Shown: one piece after another, positions 11,750 to 21,413 of the stretch
How positions within the stretch are numbered: position 1 is the first letter of the stretch
Layout: the number at the start of each line of letters is the position of its first letter
DNA from: Patescibacteria group bacterium
GTDB lineage: Bacteria > Patescibacteriota > Minisyncoccia > UBA6257 > 2-01-FULL-56-20
DNA: 41,195 nt
Assembly: GCA_025054755.1 (NCBI GenBank)
Contig: JANWZH010000002.1
Coordinates: forward strand, 1 to 41,195
Direction of reading: 5' to 3'
Made by a program: the position numbers and the translations under genes
The notes under the pieces: model-generated
Databases searched by the model: none
Told to the model about the DNA's origin: nothing
What the model saw: only the letters and a program-made list of their open reading frames with translations

Positions 11750-13048
11750 GTGGAATTTAAAAAAATTAAAAATTTAGAAAATTTAATTCAAAATGATTTA
11801 AGAAAAAATGCTTTAATTATTGTTGAGGAAGGGTTGCAAGCAATTGATACATCAAGAATTATTTATAATAACTTAAAATTAGAAAATAATATCTTAAAAA
11901 TTAATAATTTAGAATTTAATATTTTAGATTTTGAAAAAATAATAGTTTGTGGAATTGGAAAATGTGCTCTAGAAGCTGCAAAAGCTACTGAAGAAATTTT
12001 GGGTAATTATATTACAGACGGTATAGTTTTATATGTTGGTCAAAATGATATTAATTTAAATAAGATAGAAAAAATAAAAGGAACTCATCCTTATCCAAGT
12101 GAAATAAATATTTTAGCCACTAAAAAAATAATACAAAAATTATCTAATTTAACAGAAAAAGATTTGGTTATTTTTTTAATTTCGGGTGGCGGATCAACTC
12201 TTTTATGCTTGCCTAAAAATGAAAATGCTGGTTTAGAAATGGAAATATTTCAAACTTTAACTAAAAATGGCGCAGATATCATTGAATTAAATACTTTGCG
12301 CAAACACCTTTCTTTAGCTCGAGGCGGTTTTTTGGCTAAATATATTTATCCAGCTAAAGGAGTATCATTAATTTTTTCTGATGTATTAAATAATGATATA
12401 TCTTTTGTTTCTTCTGGTCCAACAGTTAAAGATAAAACTACGATTAATGATGCTTTAGAAATAATTAAAAAATATAATCTAGAAAATTTTTTCAAAATAA
12501 ACAATATTGAATTAATTGAGACGCCTAAAGATGATATTTATTTTAATAATTTTTATAATTTTTTAGTAGCTTCTAATGAAATAGCTTTAAAAGCGATGAA
12601 AATTAAGGCTGAAAATTTAGGATTTAAAGCAAAAATTTTGAATACAGCTTTATCTGGAGAAGCTCGAAAAGTAGCTTTAAATATTTTAAATGATTTAAGA
12701 AAAGAAGATTCTAAAACTATTTTATTATATGGCGGAGAAACAACAGTAACTATTAAAGGACATGGTAGAGGTGGAAGAAATCTAGAATTAGTTTTAGCTG
12801 CAGCTTTTAATATTTCAGATGATGAATTGATTATATCTTTTGATTCAGATGGCCGTGATAATGGTGATTTTGCTGGAGCAATTGCTGATAAAATAACTAG
12901 AGATTTAGTTTATCAAAATTTAGAAGAATCAAAAATTTATTTTGAAAACAATGAAGAATATCCTTTATTTGAAAAAATTGGAAATTATATTTATACAGGA
13001 AATACTGGTTCAAATGTTTCGGATTTAATTTTGGCAATTAAAAATTAA
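11750..13048 (+). CDS. Glycerate 2-kinase (DUF4147 + MOFRL domains)
   Basis: GIGK, HPYP, LISGGGS, SDV, SSGPT, GGETTV, GRGGRNLE, DSDGRD, TGSNVSD; GTG start. Confidence 0.9.
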   Translation: MEFKKIKNLENLIQNDLRKNALIIVEEGLQAIDTSRIIYNNLKLENNILKINNLEFNILDFEKIIVCGIGKCALEAAKATEEILGNYITDGIVLYVGQNDINLNKIEKIKGTHPYPSEINILATKKIIQKLSNLTEKDLVIFLISGGGSTLLCLPKNENAGLEMEIFQTLTKNGADIIELNTLRKHLSLARGGFLAKYIYPAKGVSLIFSDVLNNDISFVSSGPTVKDKTTINDALEIIKKYNLENFFKINNIELIETPKDDIYFNNFYNFLVASNEIALKAMKIKAENLGFKAKILNTALSGEARKVALNILNDLRKEDSKTILLYGGETTVTIKGHGRGGRNLELVLAAAFNISDDELIISFDSDGRDNGDFAGAIADKITRDLVYQNLEESKIYFENNEEYPLFEKIGNYIYTGNTGSNVSDLILAIKN

Positions 13049-13116
13049 ATTAGACAAATATTTTAATTGAAATTATAATCATAAATATAAAGGTCTAAAA
13101 ATTTTTTATTATAATA

Positions 13117-15558
13117 ATGAAAAAATTTATTTTAAATTTTAATGAGATTGGGATAGAAGATATTCCAGAAGTTGGAGGCAAAAATGCTTCTTTGGGTGAA
13201 ATGTTAAAAAATTTAACTCCTTTGGGAGTTAATATCCCCGATGGTTTTGCTGTTACTGCTTTTGCTTATAATTATTTTTTAGAAAATTCTTTATATAAGA
13301 ATTTAAATTTAAAATCTTATATTCAAAATGTTTTAAAAGGTTTAAATACTAAAAATATTAAAGATTTAAATAAAAGAGGTAAATTAATTCGTGAAGCAAT
13401 TGAAAAAGCTCAATTTCCAAAAGAATTAGAAAATTCAATTATCGAAGCTTATCATAATTTAGAAAAAAAATATTATAAAAATGTTGATGTTGCTGTAAGA
13501 TCTTCAGCTACAGCTGAAGATCTTCCTGGCGCTTCTTTTGCGGGGCAACAAGAAACATACTTAAATATTAGAGGATTTAAAGAATTATTAAAAGCAGTTA
13601 AATTTGCAATGGCTTCTTTGTTCACTGATCGGGCAATTTCTTATAGAACAGATAAGGGTTTTGACCATTTTAAAGTTTCAATTTCAATTGGAGTTCAAAA
13701 AATGGTTAGATCAGATATCGGAGCTTCAGGAGTAGCTTTTACTTTAGATACTGAAACTGGTTTTAAAAATGTTGTTTTAATTAATGGTGTTTGGGGATTG
13801 GGAGAAATGATTGTTCAAGGAAAAGTTATACCAGATGAATTTTTGGTTTTTAAGCCATTACTAGATAAAGCTCCTAATCCTATTGTTTTTAAAAAATTAG
13901 GAGATAAAAATCAAAAAATGATTTATTTTGAGCCAAAAGGAATTAGTACTAAAAATACAAAAGTTATAAAAACAACAGAAAAAGAAAAGCAAACATATGT
14001 TTTAAGTGATGAAGAAGTTTTAATTCTAGCAAAATGGTGTTTATTAATTGAAAGACATTACTCTTCAAAACATAATAAATGGACACCAATGGATATTGAA
14101 TGGGCAAAAGATGGAAAAACTAATGAATTATTTATAGTGCAAGCAAGACCAGAAACAATTCATTCTCAAAGAGATTTTTCTAAAATTTTTGAATATCAAT
14201 TATTAGAAAAAGGAGATGTTATAACAAAAGGAATATCGGTGGGTAATAAAATTTCTAGCGGCAAAGCAAATGTTATTTTAAATGTTTCAGATATTTCTAA
14301 GTTTAAAAAAGGAGATATTTTAGTTACTGATATGACTGATCCAGATTGGGAGCCAATTATGAAAATTGCTTCTGGTATTATAACGGATAAGGGTGGAAGA
14401 ACGTCACATGCTGCAATTGTTAGTCGTGAACTTGGAATTCCATGTATTGTTGGCACAGAAAATGCAACTCGTAAGATTAAAACAGGTAATTTATTGACAA
14501 TTGATACAACTAGCGCAGAGGGTTTAGTCTATAAAGGCATATTAAAATATAAAACTATTGAGCACGACGTTTCTAATTTACGAAAACCAAAAACAAAAAT
14601 AATGATGAACATCGCTACTCCAGATACTGCTTTTGAAAAGTCTTTTCTACCAAATGATGGTGTTGGATTAGCTAGAGAAGAATTTATTATTGCTTCAGAT
14701 ATTGGTATTCATCCCAATGCTTTAATTAATTATAAAAAATTAGGCTTGGAATTAAGAAAAAAAATAGATAAAAAAACATTTGGATATAAAGATAAAGTTC
14801 AGTTTTATATTGATTATTTAGCTTATGGTATTGCTAAAATTGGAGCAGCTTTCTGGCCTAATCCGGTTATTGTTAGATTTTCTGATTTTAAAACTAATGA
14901 ATATAAAACTTTATTAGGTGGAGAGATTTATGAACCAAACGAAGAAAATCCGATGATTGGTTGGAGAGGCGCTTCTAGATATTATCATTCTCAATTTAAA
15001 GACGCTTTTAGATTAGAGCTTTTAGCTATTAAAAAGGTTAGAGAAGAAATTGGTCTTAATAATATTGATGTTATGGTTCCATTTTGTAGAACGCCAGAAG
15101 AAGGTAAAAAAGTTTTAAATTTAATAGAAAAGGAGGGATTGTTAAGCGAAGAACACATTAAAAAATCTGGTTCGAAATTAAATGTTTATGTGATGTGTGA
15201 AATTCCTTCTAATATTTTATTAGCTGAAGAATTTTTAAATATTTTTGATGGAATGTCAATTGGCTCTAATGATTTAACACAATTAACATTAGGAATTGAT
15301 CGTGATGGAAATGAAATGATTAAACATATTGCTAATGAAAACAATGAGGCTATTAAAAAATTAATTCGTGAAATTATTAATAAATGTAAGGAAAAAAATA
15401 AATATATTGGAATTTGTGGACAAGGCCCATCTGATTTTCCTGAATTTGCTGAATTTTTAGTTGAAGCAGGAATAACTAGTATATCATTAAATCCAGATAC
15501 AATTATTAAAACAATTTTAAATATTTTAGAAAAAGAAAAGCAATTAAATAAGAATTAA
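13117..15558 (+). CDS. ppsA: Phosphoenolpyruvate synthase (pyruvate,water dikinase)
   Basis: VGGKNASLGEM, VAVRSSATAEDLP, QARPET, GGRTSHAAIVSRELG (phospho-His), MCEIPSN, SIGSNDLTQ. Confidence 0.96.
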   Translation: MKKFILNFNEIGIEDIPEVGGKNASLGEMLKNLTPLGVNIPDGFAVTAFAYNYFLENSLYKNLNLKSYIQNVLKGLNTKNIKDLNKRGKLIREAIEKAQFPKELENSIIEAYHNLEKKYYKNVDVAVRSSATAEDLPGASFAGQQETYLNIRGFKELLKAVKFAMASLFTDRAISYRTDKGFDHFKVSISIGVQKMVRSDIGASGVAFTLDTETGFKNVVLINGVWGLGEMIVQGKVIPDEFLVFKPLLDKAPNPIVFKKLGDKNQKMIYFEPKGISTKNTKVIKTTEKEKQTYVLSDEEVLILAKWCLLIERHYSSKHNKWTPMDIEWAKDGKTNELFIVQARPETIHSQRDFSKIFEYQLLEKGDVITKGISVGNKISSGKANVILNVSDISKFKKGDILVTDMTDPDWEPIMKIASGIITDKGGRTSHAAIVSRELGIPCIVGTENATRKIKTGNLLTIDTTSAEGLVYKGILKYKTIEHDVSNLRKPKTKIMMNIATPDTAFEKSFLPNDGVGLAREEFIIASDIGIHPNALINYKKLGLELRKKIDKKTFGYKDKVQFYIDYLAYGIAKIGAAFWPNPVIVRFSDFKTNEYKTLLGGEIYEPNEENPMIGWRGASRYYHSQFKDAFRLELLAIKKVREEIGLNNIDVMVPFCRTPEEGKKVLNLIEKEGLLSEEHIKKSGSKLNVYVMCEIPSNILLAEEFLNIFDGMSIGSNDLTQLTLGIDRDGNEMIKHIANENNEAIKKLIREIINKCKEKNKYIGICGQGPSDFPEFAEFLVEAGITSISLNPDTIIKTILNILEKEKQLNKN

Positions 15559-15606
15559 TTATTACAGTTTTTATTTTTTTAATTTATAATATAATTAAAT
15601 ATAAAT

Positions 15607-16806
15607 ATGCTTTATCATTATTTAGCTTCTGATAATCAAGGGAAAATATATGAAGGCAATTATGATGCTGAAAACATTAATGATGTTTTAGTATATTTAT
15701 CTGGTTCTGGTTTAAAGCCAATTTCGATTAAAGCTATTAAGATTATAAAGCCATTAATATTTAGTCAATCTATTAAACTTTCAGATAAAATATTTTTAAT
15801 GAAATATTTATCTTTAATGTTGCAAGTTGGAACAGATCTTTTGTCGGCAATTAATATTTTAATTTCAGATTTACAAGGATCTGGTATTCATAATTTTTTA
15901 ATTGAAGTTCGTGAAAATTTAACCAAAGGGAGACCATTTTATGAAGCTTTTGCCAAACATCCTAGATCATTTTCTATAGTGGAAACTAATATTATTAAAG
16001 CAGCTGAGGCTTCTGGTAATTTACAAAAGACTTTTGAAGATTTGAGTGAGTCTTTACAACGTGAAGCTGAAATTAGGGGGAAAATTCGTTCAGCTTTAAT
16101 TTATCCTATTATTTTGCTTATAATGTCTTTAGCTATTTTTTTCTTTTTATCAACTTTTGCTTTGCCTAAAATTGCTAAGGTTTTTAATGAATCAGGAATA
16201 GAACCGCCAACATTTTCTAGAATTGTTTTTACAATAGGACTTTTTATTAGTGATCATTTTGCAATTATTTTATTTTTATTATTAATAATTATTTCTTTTT
16301 TAATTTATTTTTTTGGCTTTAATAATTTTGGCAAAACATTAATTCGTCAATTTATTAGTAGATTGCCATTTGTTAAGAAAATTTATTTAGATATTGCTAT
16401 TCAAAGATTTACCTCAACATTTTCTTCTTTATTAAAAGCAGGAATTCCAATTATTGATTCTTTAAAAATTACAGCTGATGTTGTTGGCCATCAAGAAATA
16501 AAATTAGCTCTTTTAAGAATTGCTGAAGAGGGTTTAAGTAGAGGATTAACTGTAAGTGAATCTTTTAAAAAAGAAATTATTTTCCCACGCGTAGTTACAA
16601 ATTTAATTGCTATTTCTGAAAAAGCTGGTCATTTAGATGAGGTTTTGGGCACGTTGGCTAAATTTTATGCATCTAATATTGATTCGACAATTAAATCAGT
16701 AGTAGCTGTTATTGAACCAATTTTACTTATTTTAATGGGTGGTTTAGTTGGTATTATTGCTTTATCTATTGTTATTCCAATTTATCAATTAGCAATGAAA
16801 TTTTAA
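15607..16806 (+). CDS. pilC: Type IV pilus inner-membrane platform protein (PilC/GspF family)
   Basis: Two T2SSF repeats, AAEASGNL, KIRSALIYP, SEKAGHLD, IEPILLI..PIYQL. Confidence 0.92.
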   Translation: MLYHYLASDNQGKIYEGNYDAENINDVLVYLSGSGLKPISIKAIKIIKPLIFSQSIKLSDKIFLMKYLSLMLQVGTDLLSAINILISDLQGSGIHNFLIEVRENLTKGRPFYEAFAKHPRSFSIVETNIIKAAEASGNLQKTFEDLSESLQREAEIRGKIRSALIYPIILLIMSLAIFFFLSTFALPKIAKVFNESGIEPPTFSRIVFTIGLFISDHFAIILFLLLIIISFLIYFFGFNNFGKTLIRQFISRLPFVKKIYLDIAIQRFTSTFSSLLKAGIPIIDSLKITADVVGHQEIKLALLRIAEEGLSRGLTVSESFKKEIIFPRVVTNLIAISEKAGHLDEVLGTLAKFYASNIDSTIKSVVAVIEPILLILMGGLVGIIALSIVIPIYQLAMKF

Positions 16807-16808
16807 AA

Positions 16809-17318
16809 ATGAATCAAAATATTAAAAATTTAATAAAAAAAGGATTTAGTTTAACCGAATTACTAATTTCAGTAGCTTTAATAATGATTTTATCTATTGT
16901 TATTTTTTCTAATTTTTATAAAAGGAGAAATATTACAAATTTAAGATCAACCACTACGCAAATTGCTGCAATTTTAATGGAGGCTCGTAATAGATCAATA
17001 GCTCAAGAAAAAGATAGTTATTGGGGCGTTTATTTTGAAAATCCAACTTCGTCAAAGCCTTCTTTTAGTTTGTTTTATACATCAGATTCAAATTTTGCAA
17101 CAAGTAGTTTTAAATATATTAAAAAATATTTTTTGACTGATTTTGTTTATTATAATACTTCAACTATTCCTTTAGGAGGCAATTTAATTATTGTATTTAA
17201 CAAAGTTTCTGGATTGCCTATTAGTGTTTCTACAATTTATTTAGATTTGAAACAGGGAAATATTACAATAGCATCTTCTTCGATTAATATTAATTCTGTT
17301 GGAACAATAATTTATTAA
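16809..17318 (+). CDS. Type IV minor pilin (FimT/GspH-like)
   Basis: Class III signal KKG|FSLTELL followed by a hydrophobic helix; AR.RS and GVYF motifs. Confidence 0.8.
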   Translation: MNQNIKNLIKKGFSLTELLISVALIMILSIVIFSNFYKRRNITNLRSTTTQIAAILMEARNRSIAQEKDSYWGVYFENPTSSKPSFSLFYTSDSNFATSSFKYIKKYFLTDFVYYNTSTIPLGGNLIIVFNKVSGLPISVSTIYLDLKQGNITIASSSININSVGTIIY

Positions 17319-17341
17319 TGTTTAAATAATATTAGTATAAA

Positions 17342-17986
17342 ATGAAAGTAAAATTAAAATATTATTTAAAAAATTTAAATTTTAATAATGGTCAATCTTT
17401 GGTCGAAGTTTTGATTGCCTTATCAATAGGAATTATTTTTGTTTTAGGAACAATAATTGCAGTACAAATGTCTCTAAAAACAGGAAGAGATTCTGAAAAA
17501 ATTCAAACTAGTGCTATGTTGGCTAGGGAATTAATGGATAATGTTAAAATTTTTGCTGATTCAGGCTGGTACAATGTAGCTAATTTAGCTACGACTTCTA
17601 TTAATAAATATTATATTAATACATCTACTCCTTTTACTGCAATATCTGGAATAGAAATAATAACTATTGGAACAACTACATATAATAGATATTTTTATTT
17701 GGATGATGTTTACCGTGATGGTAGTGGTTCTATTGTAAATTCTGGAGGAACTTTTGATCCATCAACCAAAAAGTTAACTATTGTTTATAAATGGGTTGGA
17801 GGAAATGATAGATTTTTAACAACCTATATTACTCGTTCTAAAAATGTTATTTTTAATCAAACTGATTGGTCTGGTGGAGGGGGGCAAACTGGACCAATTA
17901 CATCAACGAATTCAATGTTTGCTACTTCTACTAATATTGACTTTTCAACTACAACTGGCTCAATTAGATTAAGGTTAGGTTATTAA
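17342..17986 (+). CDS. Type IV minor pilin (PilV/GspI-like) with C-terminal QTDWSGG extension
   Basis: Class III-like signal G|QSLVEVLIAL; A..LARE.M..V helix; DPSTKKLTI..W. Confidence 0.75.
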   Translation: MKVKLKYYLKNLNFNNGQSLVEVLIALSIGIIFVLGTIIAVQMSLKTGRDSEKIQTSAMLARELMDNVKIFADSGWYNVANLATTSINKYYINTSTPFTAISGIEIITIGTTTYNRYFYLDDVYRDGSGSIVNSGGTFDPSTKKLTIVYKWVGGNDRFLTTYITRSKNVIFNQTDWSGGGGQTGPITSTNSMFATSTNIDFSTTTGSIRLRLGY

Positions 17987-17993
17987 ATTTTTA

Positions 17994-18021
17994 TTGAATA
18001 TAGTTTTTATTTTGATATAAT
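17994..18021 (+). promoter_or_regulatory. Putative promoter TTGAAT-N16-TATAAT (extended TG), 6 nt before ATG
   Basis: Hexamers read directly; internal to the pilin cluster. Confidence 0.55.
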
Positions 18022-18027
18022 TAAAAT

Positions 18028-18894
18028 ATGAAAAATAAAATCAATTTGATTATCATAATTATATTTATTATTTTTTTAACAGCACTAGCCGCAACTAATA
18101 TTGATTCAAGTAATCGTTGGGCCTGGAATGATTTAATAGGCTGGATTGATTTTTATTCTACAAATACAGTTAATGTTAATTCTCAACAATTAACTGGTTA
18201 TGCAAGTTCTTCTGCTGGAGATATTTCTTTAGATTGTGCAACAACTCGTAATGGCAATATATGTTCTCAAAGCAATTATAAAGTTTTAAATGATGGAGGG
18301 GGTAATTTATCTGGTTGGGCTTGGAATGATAATTATGGTTGGATTAGTTTTTGTGGTGGTCAAAATACTGTAAATTGTCCAGGTTCTATAATTTATCAAG
18401 TTAAAATTGACCCAAATACTGGAGATTTTTCAAATTATGCTTGGAATGATTTATTAGGTTGGATTAGTTTTTGTGGTCAGCCTGGAGGTGGATTAGGTTG
18501 TGCATCTACAACTTATTCATATAAAGTAAATACTTCTTGGCGTGCTACAGCAACAATAGGTTATTTAGATTCAAGTATTTATGATACTGGAATAAGCGGT
18601 GGGGCACAGATAAATTCTATTTTATGGAAAGGAGATTTGCCTTCTGGCACTCAGGTTAGATTTAAAATAGCCTCTTCTAATTCATCTAATGGGCCATGGA
18701 ATTTTTTGGGCCCAAATGGCACAACAAATGATAATGATTATTATGGACCAGTTTTTCCTAATCAGTCGTATCAAATAAATTATTTATTGCATAGTAATCA
18801 TCGTTATTTTAGATATAGAGTCATTTTAGTTTCAGATCAAGCTCAACAAAATTCGCCTAGAATTGATGATATTATAATTAATTGGAGTCCTTAA
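18028..18894 (+). CDS. Secreted protein with three AWNDxxGWIxF repeats and a C-terminal beta-rich domain; candidate pilus-associated adhesin
   Basis: Sec-type signal (…LTALA|AT), repeats starting at 18118, 18316 and 18436, six Cys, location among minor pilins. Confidence 0.65.
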   Translation: MKNKINLIIIIIFIIFLTALAATNIDSSNRWAWNDLIGWIDFYSTNTVNVNSQQLTGYASSSAGDISLDCATTRNGNICSQSNYKVLNDGGGNLSGWAWNDNYGWISFCGGQNTVNCPGSIIYQVKIDPNTGDFSNYAWNDLLGWISFCGQPGGGLGCASTTYSYKVNTSWRATATIGYLDSSIYDTGISGGAQINSILWKGDLPSGTQVRFKIASSNSSNGPWNFLGPNGTTNDNDYYGPVFPNQSYQINYLLHSNHRYFRYRVILVSDQAQQNSPRIDDIIINWSP

Positions 18895-19320
18895 ATGTTT
18901 TTTAAAAAAAAAATAAAATTTGATAAATTAAATAGTGGGCAAGCTGCTCTTTCAACAATTATTTTAATTGGTGGAATTATAGCATTAATTACTATAACAT
19001 TAGTAATTATTATTTCTTCTTATGCAACCTCAGCTTATAGTTATCAAAATTCGCAAAGAGCTTTAGCTGTAGCAAATGCAGGAGCGGATGATGCTTTATT
19101 GAGATTAGTTAGGAACAAAGACTTTGAGAATACGTCAGGTTATATTGTTTATTCTGATTCAGATTCAGCAACTGTAAAAGTTGTTCAAGATATTGCAAAT
19201 AAAAAAGCAATTATACTTTCAGTAGCAAATATATTAGGTTATAATAAAAAGGTTAGAGCTATTGTTTCGATCAATAATGATGGCGAGGTTAGATTAATTA
19301 AAAGAGAGCAAATAGAATAA
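18895..19320 (+). CDS. Type IV minor pilin (PilX/GspK-like)
   Basis: G|QAALSTII signal without Glu5, hydrophobic helix, A..VANAGADDALLRL motif. Confidence 0.75.
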   Translation: MFFKKKIKFDKLNSGQAALSTIILIGGIIALITITLVIIISSYATSAYSYQNSQRALAVANAGADDALLRLVRNKDFENTSGYIVYSDSDSATVKVVQDIANKKAIILSVANILGYNKKVRAIVSINNDGEVRLIKREQIE

Positions 19321-19334
19321 AAATTTAATAAACT

Positions 19335-20864
19335 ATGCAGTATAAAGAGAGATATAAAAAATTTTTAAATATATTTTTAAAAACTTTAAAAGTTAAATCA
19401 ATTTCAGGAGGATTAGAAATTTCTGATTCTTGGTTAAGATATGCTTATTTAGAAAATGATAAATGGAATTTAATTGGAGTACGTTTGCCTCAAAATGTTG
19501 TAGTTAATGGTCAAATTAAAAATTATGATTTATTTATTAAAACTTTGAATGAATTAAGAAATAAAATTTTTAATGGAAAAGATTCTAAAAAAGTATTAAA
19601 TGTTATAGTATCTTTAAGTTCAATCGATGTTTATAGTCAAATTTTTACTTTGCCAATTATTGAAGGAGAGAATTTAGAAAAAGCTATTAAATTAAATATT
19701 AAAATGCTTTCTCCTCAAGAAGAAAATCAAACTTATAGTAGTTGGCAGATTGTAAGCCGTGATCAAAAATTGATGCGACTTGAAATTTTATCTGCTTTTA
19801 TTAATAAAGAAATAATTAATGATTTTAAAAAAGCTTTAACTGAAACAAAATTTATGCCTCGTTCAATTGAATCATATTCTTTTTCTTTAACAAGATTTTT
19901 TGTAAAAAAAGTTAAAAATTTTCAAATTAGTAAAAATTATTTAATTTTAAATATTGATGATAGCGGAATTAAAAGTTTAATTATTCGTAATGGAAATTTA
20001 TATTTTAATTATTTTTCTTTTTGGTCAGAAATTTTTAAAGATGAAAATCAAATTAGTTGGGATAAATTCGAAATTTTTCTTATACGTCATTTACATCAAG
20101 TTGTTAATTTTTATAATTCTCGTTGGGCAGATGAAATAGATGGCTTATTTTTAATTTCGCCAGTTTTTGTTTCAGAAATTAAAAACATTATCATACAAAA
20201 TTTTGATTTAAAAATTTTAGATTTAGATTTAGATTTTCCTCAGAATATTTCTTCGGAATGGTTTATAGCAATTGGATCTTATTATAGAAATGAAATTTCT
20301 CCTAAAGAAGATCAAGAATTAAATTTATTGGGCGGAGATGCTTCCCAAATGTTTATTCAAAATCAGATTTTACAATTTATACAATTTTGGCGTTTAGCTG
20401 TTATATCTTCAGCAATTTTTATTTTATTAAGTATTGTTATTGGCAATTTATTTTTAAATAATATTTTAAATTCTTTAAAAATAGAACATTCAAATATTAA
20501 TTCAGCAGTTCATGCCAAAGAAGCAAGGGATTTTCAAATTAAGATAGAAGAATTTAATAAAGTAGTTGATATGGTTAGTATGGTTAATAATAATTATTTA
20601 AATAGATATTTTGTTTTACAAAAAATTATTGAAAAGATAAGTAATAACGATATTAATATTAAAAATTTATCTTTTAATAATGATTTATCAGTTAAAATTT
20701 CTGCTGTATCAAAAAATGAAGAAAATATTTCTAAATTTAAAAAAAATTTAGAAAGTGATAATTTTTTTAGAAATGTTAACTTACCTTTTTCGGAAATTAA
20801 ACCTTATGAGGATGGTAAAACATTTTTTATAAGTTTTTCAATTAATCCATCAACTATACAGTAA
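19335..20864 (+). CDS. PilM-PilN-like fusion protein (pilus alignment complex)
   Basis: N-terminal actin-like PilM motifs (GLEISD..LR, VV.NGQI, LILNIDD), LNLL linker, one TM, PilN-like C-terminal domain. Confidence 0.7.
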   Translation: MQYKERYKKFLNIFLKTLKVKSISGGLEISDSWLRYAYLENDKWNLIGVRLPQNVVVNGQIKNYDLFIKTLNELRNKIFNGKDSKKVLNVIVSLSSIDVYSQIFTLPIIEGENLEKAIKLNIKMLSPQEENQTYSSWQIVSRDQKLMRLEILSAFINKEIINDFKKALTETKFMPRSIESYSFSLTRFFVKKVKNFQISKNYLILNIDDSGIKSLIIRNGNLYFNYFSFWSEIFKDENQISWDKFEIFLIRHLHQVVNFYNSRWADEIDGLFLISPVFVSEIKNIIIQNFDLKILDLDLDFPQNISSEWFIAIGSYYRNEISPKEDQELNLLGGDASQMFIQNQILQFIQFWRLAVISSAIFILLSIVIGNLFLNNILNSLKIEHSNINSAVHAKEARDFQIKIEEFNKVVDMVSMVNNNYLNRYFVLQKIIEKISNNDINIKNLSFNNDLSVKISAVSKNEENISKFKKNLESDNFFRNVNLPFSEIKPYEDGKTFFISFSINPSTIQ

Positions 20865-21370
20865 AATATTTTTTTGTCTTTTTTGTTTATATTTTTTAAA
20901 ACAAATTTTTCTGCCTTTAATGTTTTTTGTGAAGAATTTATAGGCCTAATTCCAATTCTTAATCTCCAAAAATTTTTAGTTTTTAATGATTTAAATATTG
21001 ATTCTATTCCGTGATGTCCAGCAGATCCTCTGGCAAAAACATATTTGAATTTGCCTATTTGAAGATCGCTATCATCATGAATGATTAAGATCTCTTTTGA
21101 TTTAATTTGAAATTTTTCGATAACTTTTTGAACCACCAAATTTGATTCATTCATAAATGTTTGAGAATCAATAATATATATTGTATCATTTGTATTAGTG
21201 GTTATATTATAATATCTAAAATATTTTTCTGATTTAAATTTTTTAATGTTTAATTTTTGAACTATATAGTTAATAGTTAATTTGCCAACGTTATGATAAG
21301 TGTTTTGATATTTTTCTGTTGGGTTTCCTAAGCCGATAATTGCTTTAATATTTTTTAGGTCTATTTCCAT
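20804..21370 (-). CDS. pth: Peptidyl-tRNA hydrolase
   Basis: IIGLGNP, TYHNVG, TFMNES, IHDDSDL, GSAGHHG, RLRIGI. Confidence 0.95.
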   Translation of the reverse strand: MEIDLKNIKAIIGLGNPTEKYQNTYHNVGKLTINYIVQKLNIKKFKSEKYFRYYNITTNTNDTIYIIDSQTFMNESNLVVQKVIEKFQIKSKEILIIHDDSDLQIGKFKYVFARGSAGHHGIESIFKSLKTKNFWRLRIGIRPINSSQKTLKAEKFVLKNINKKDKKIFYCIVDGLIEKLIKNVLPSS

Positions 21371-21413
21371 AATTCTTGATTAATTATAAATTAATTTATA
21401 TAATATCTGCAAG

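Noticed and set aside
14196..14456. 86-aa minus-strand ORF
   Set aside because: Antisense shadow within ppsA.
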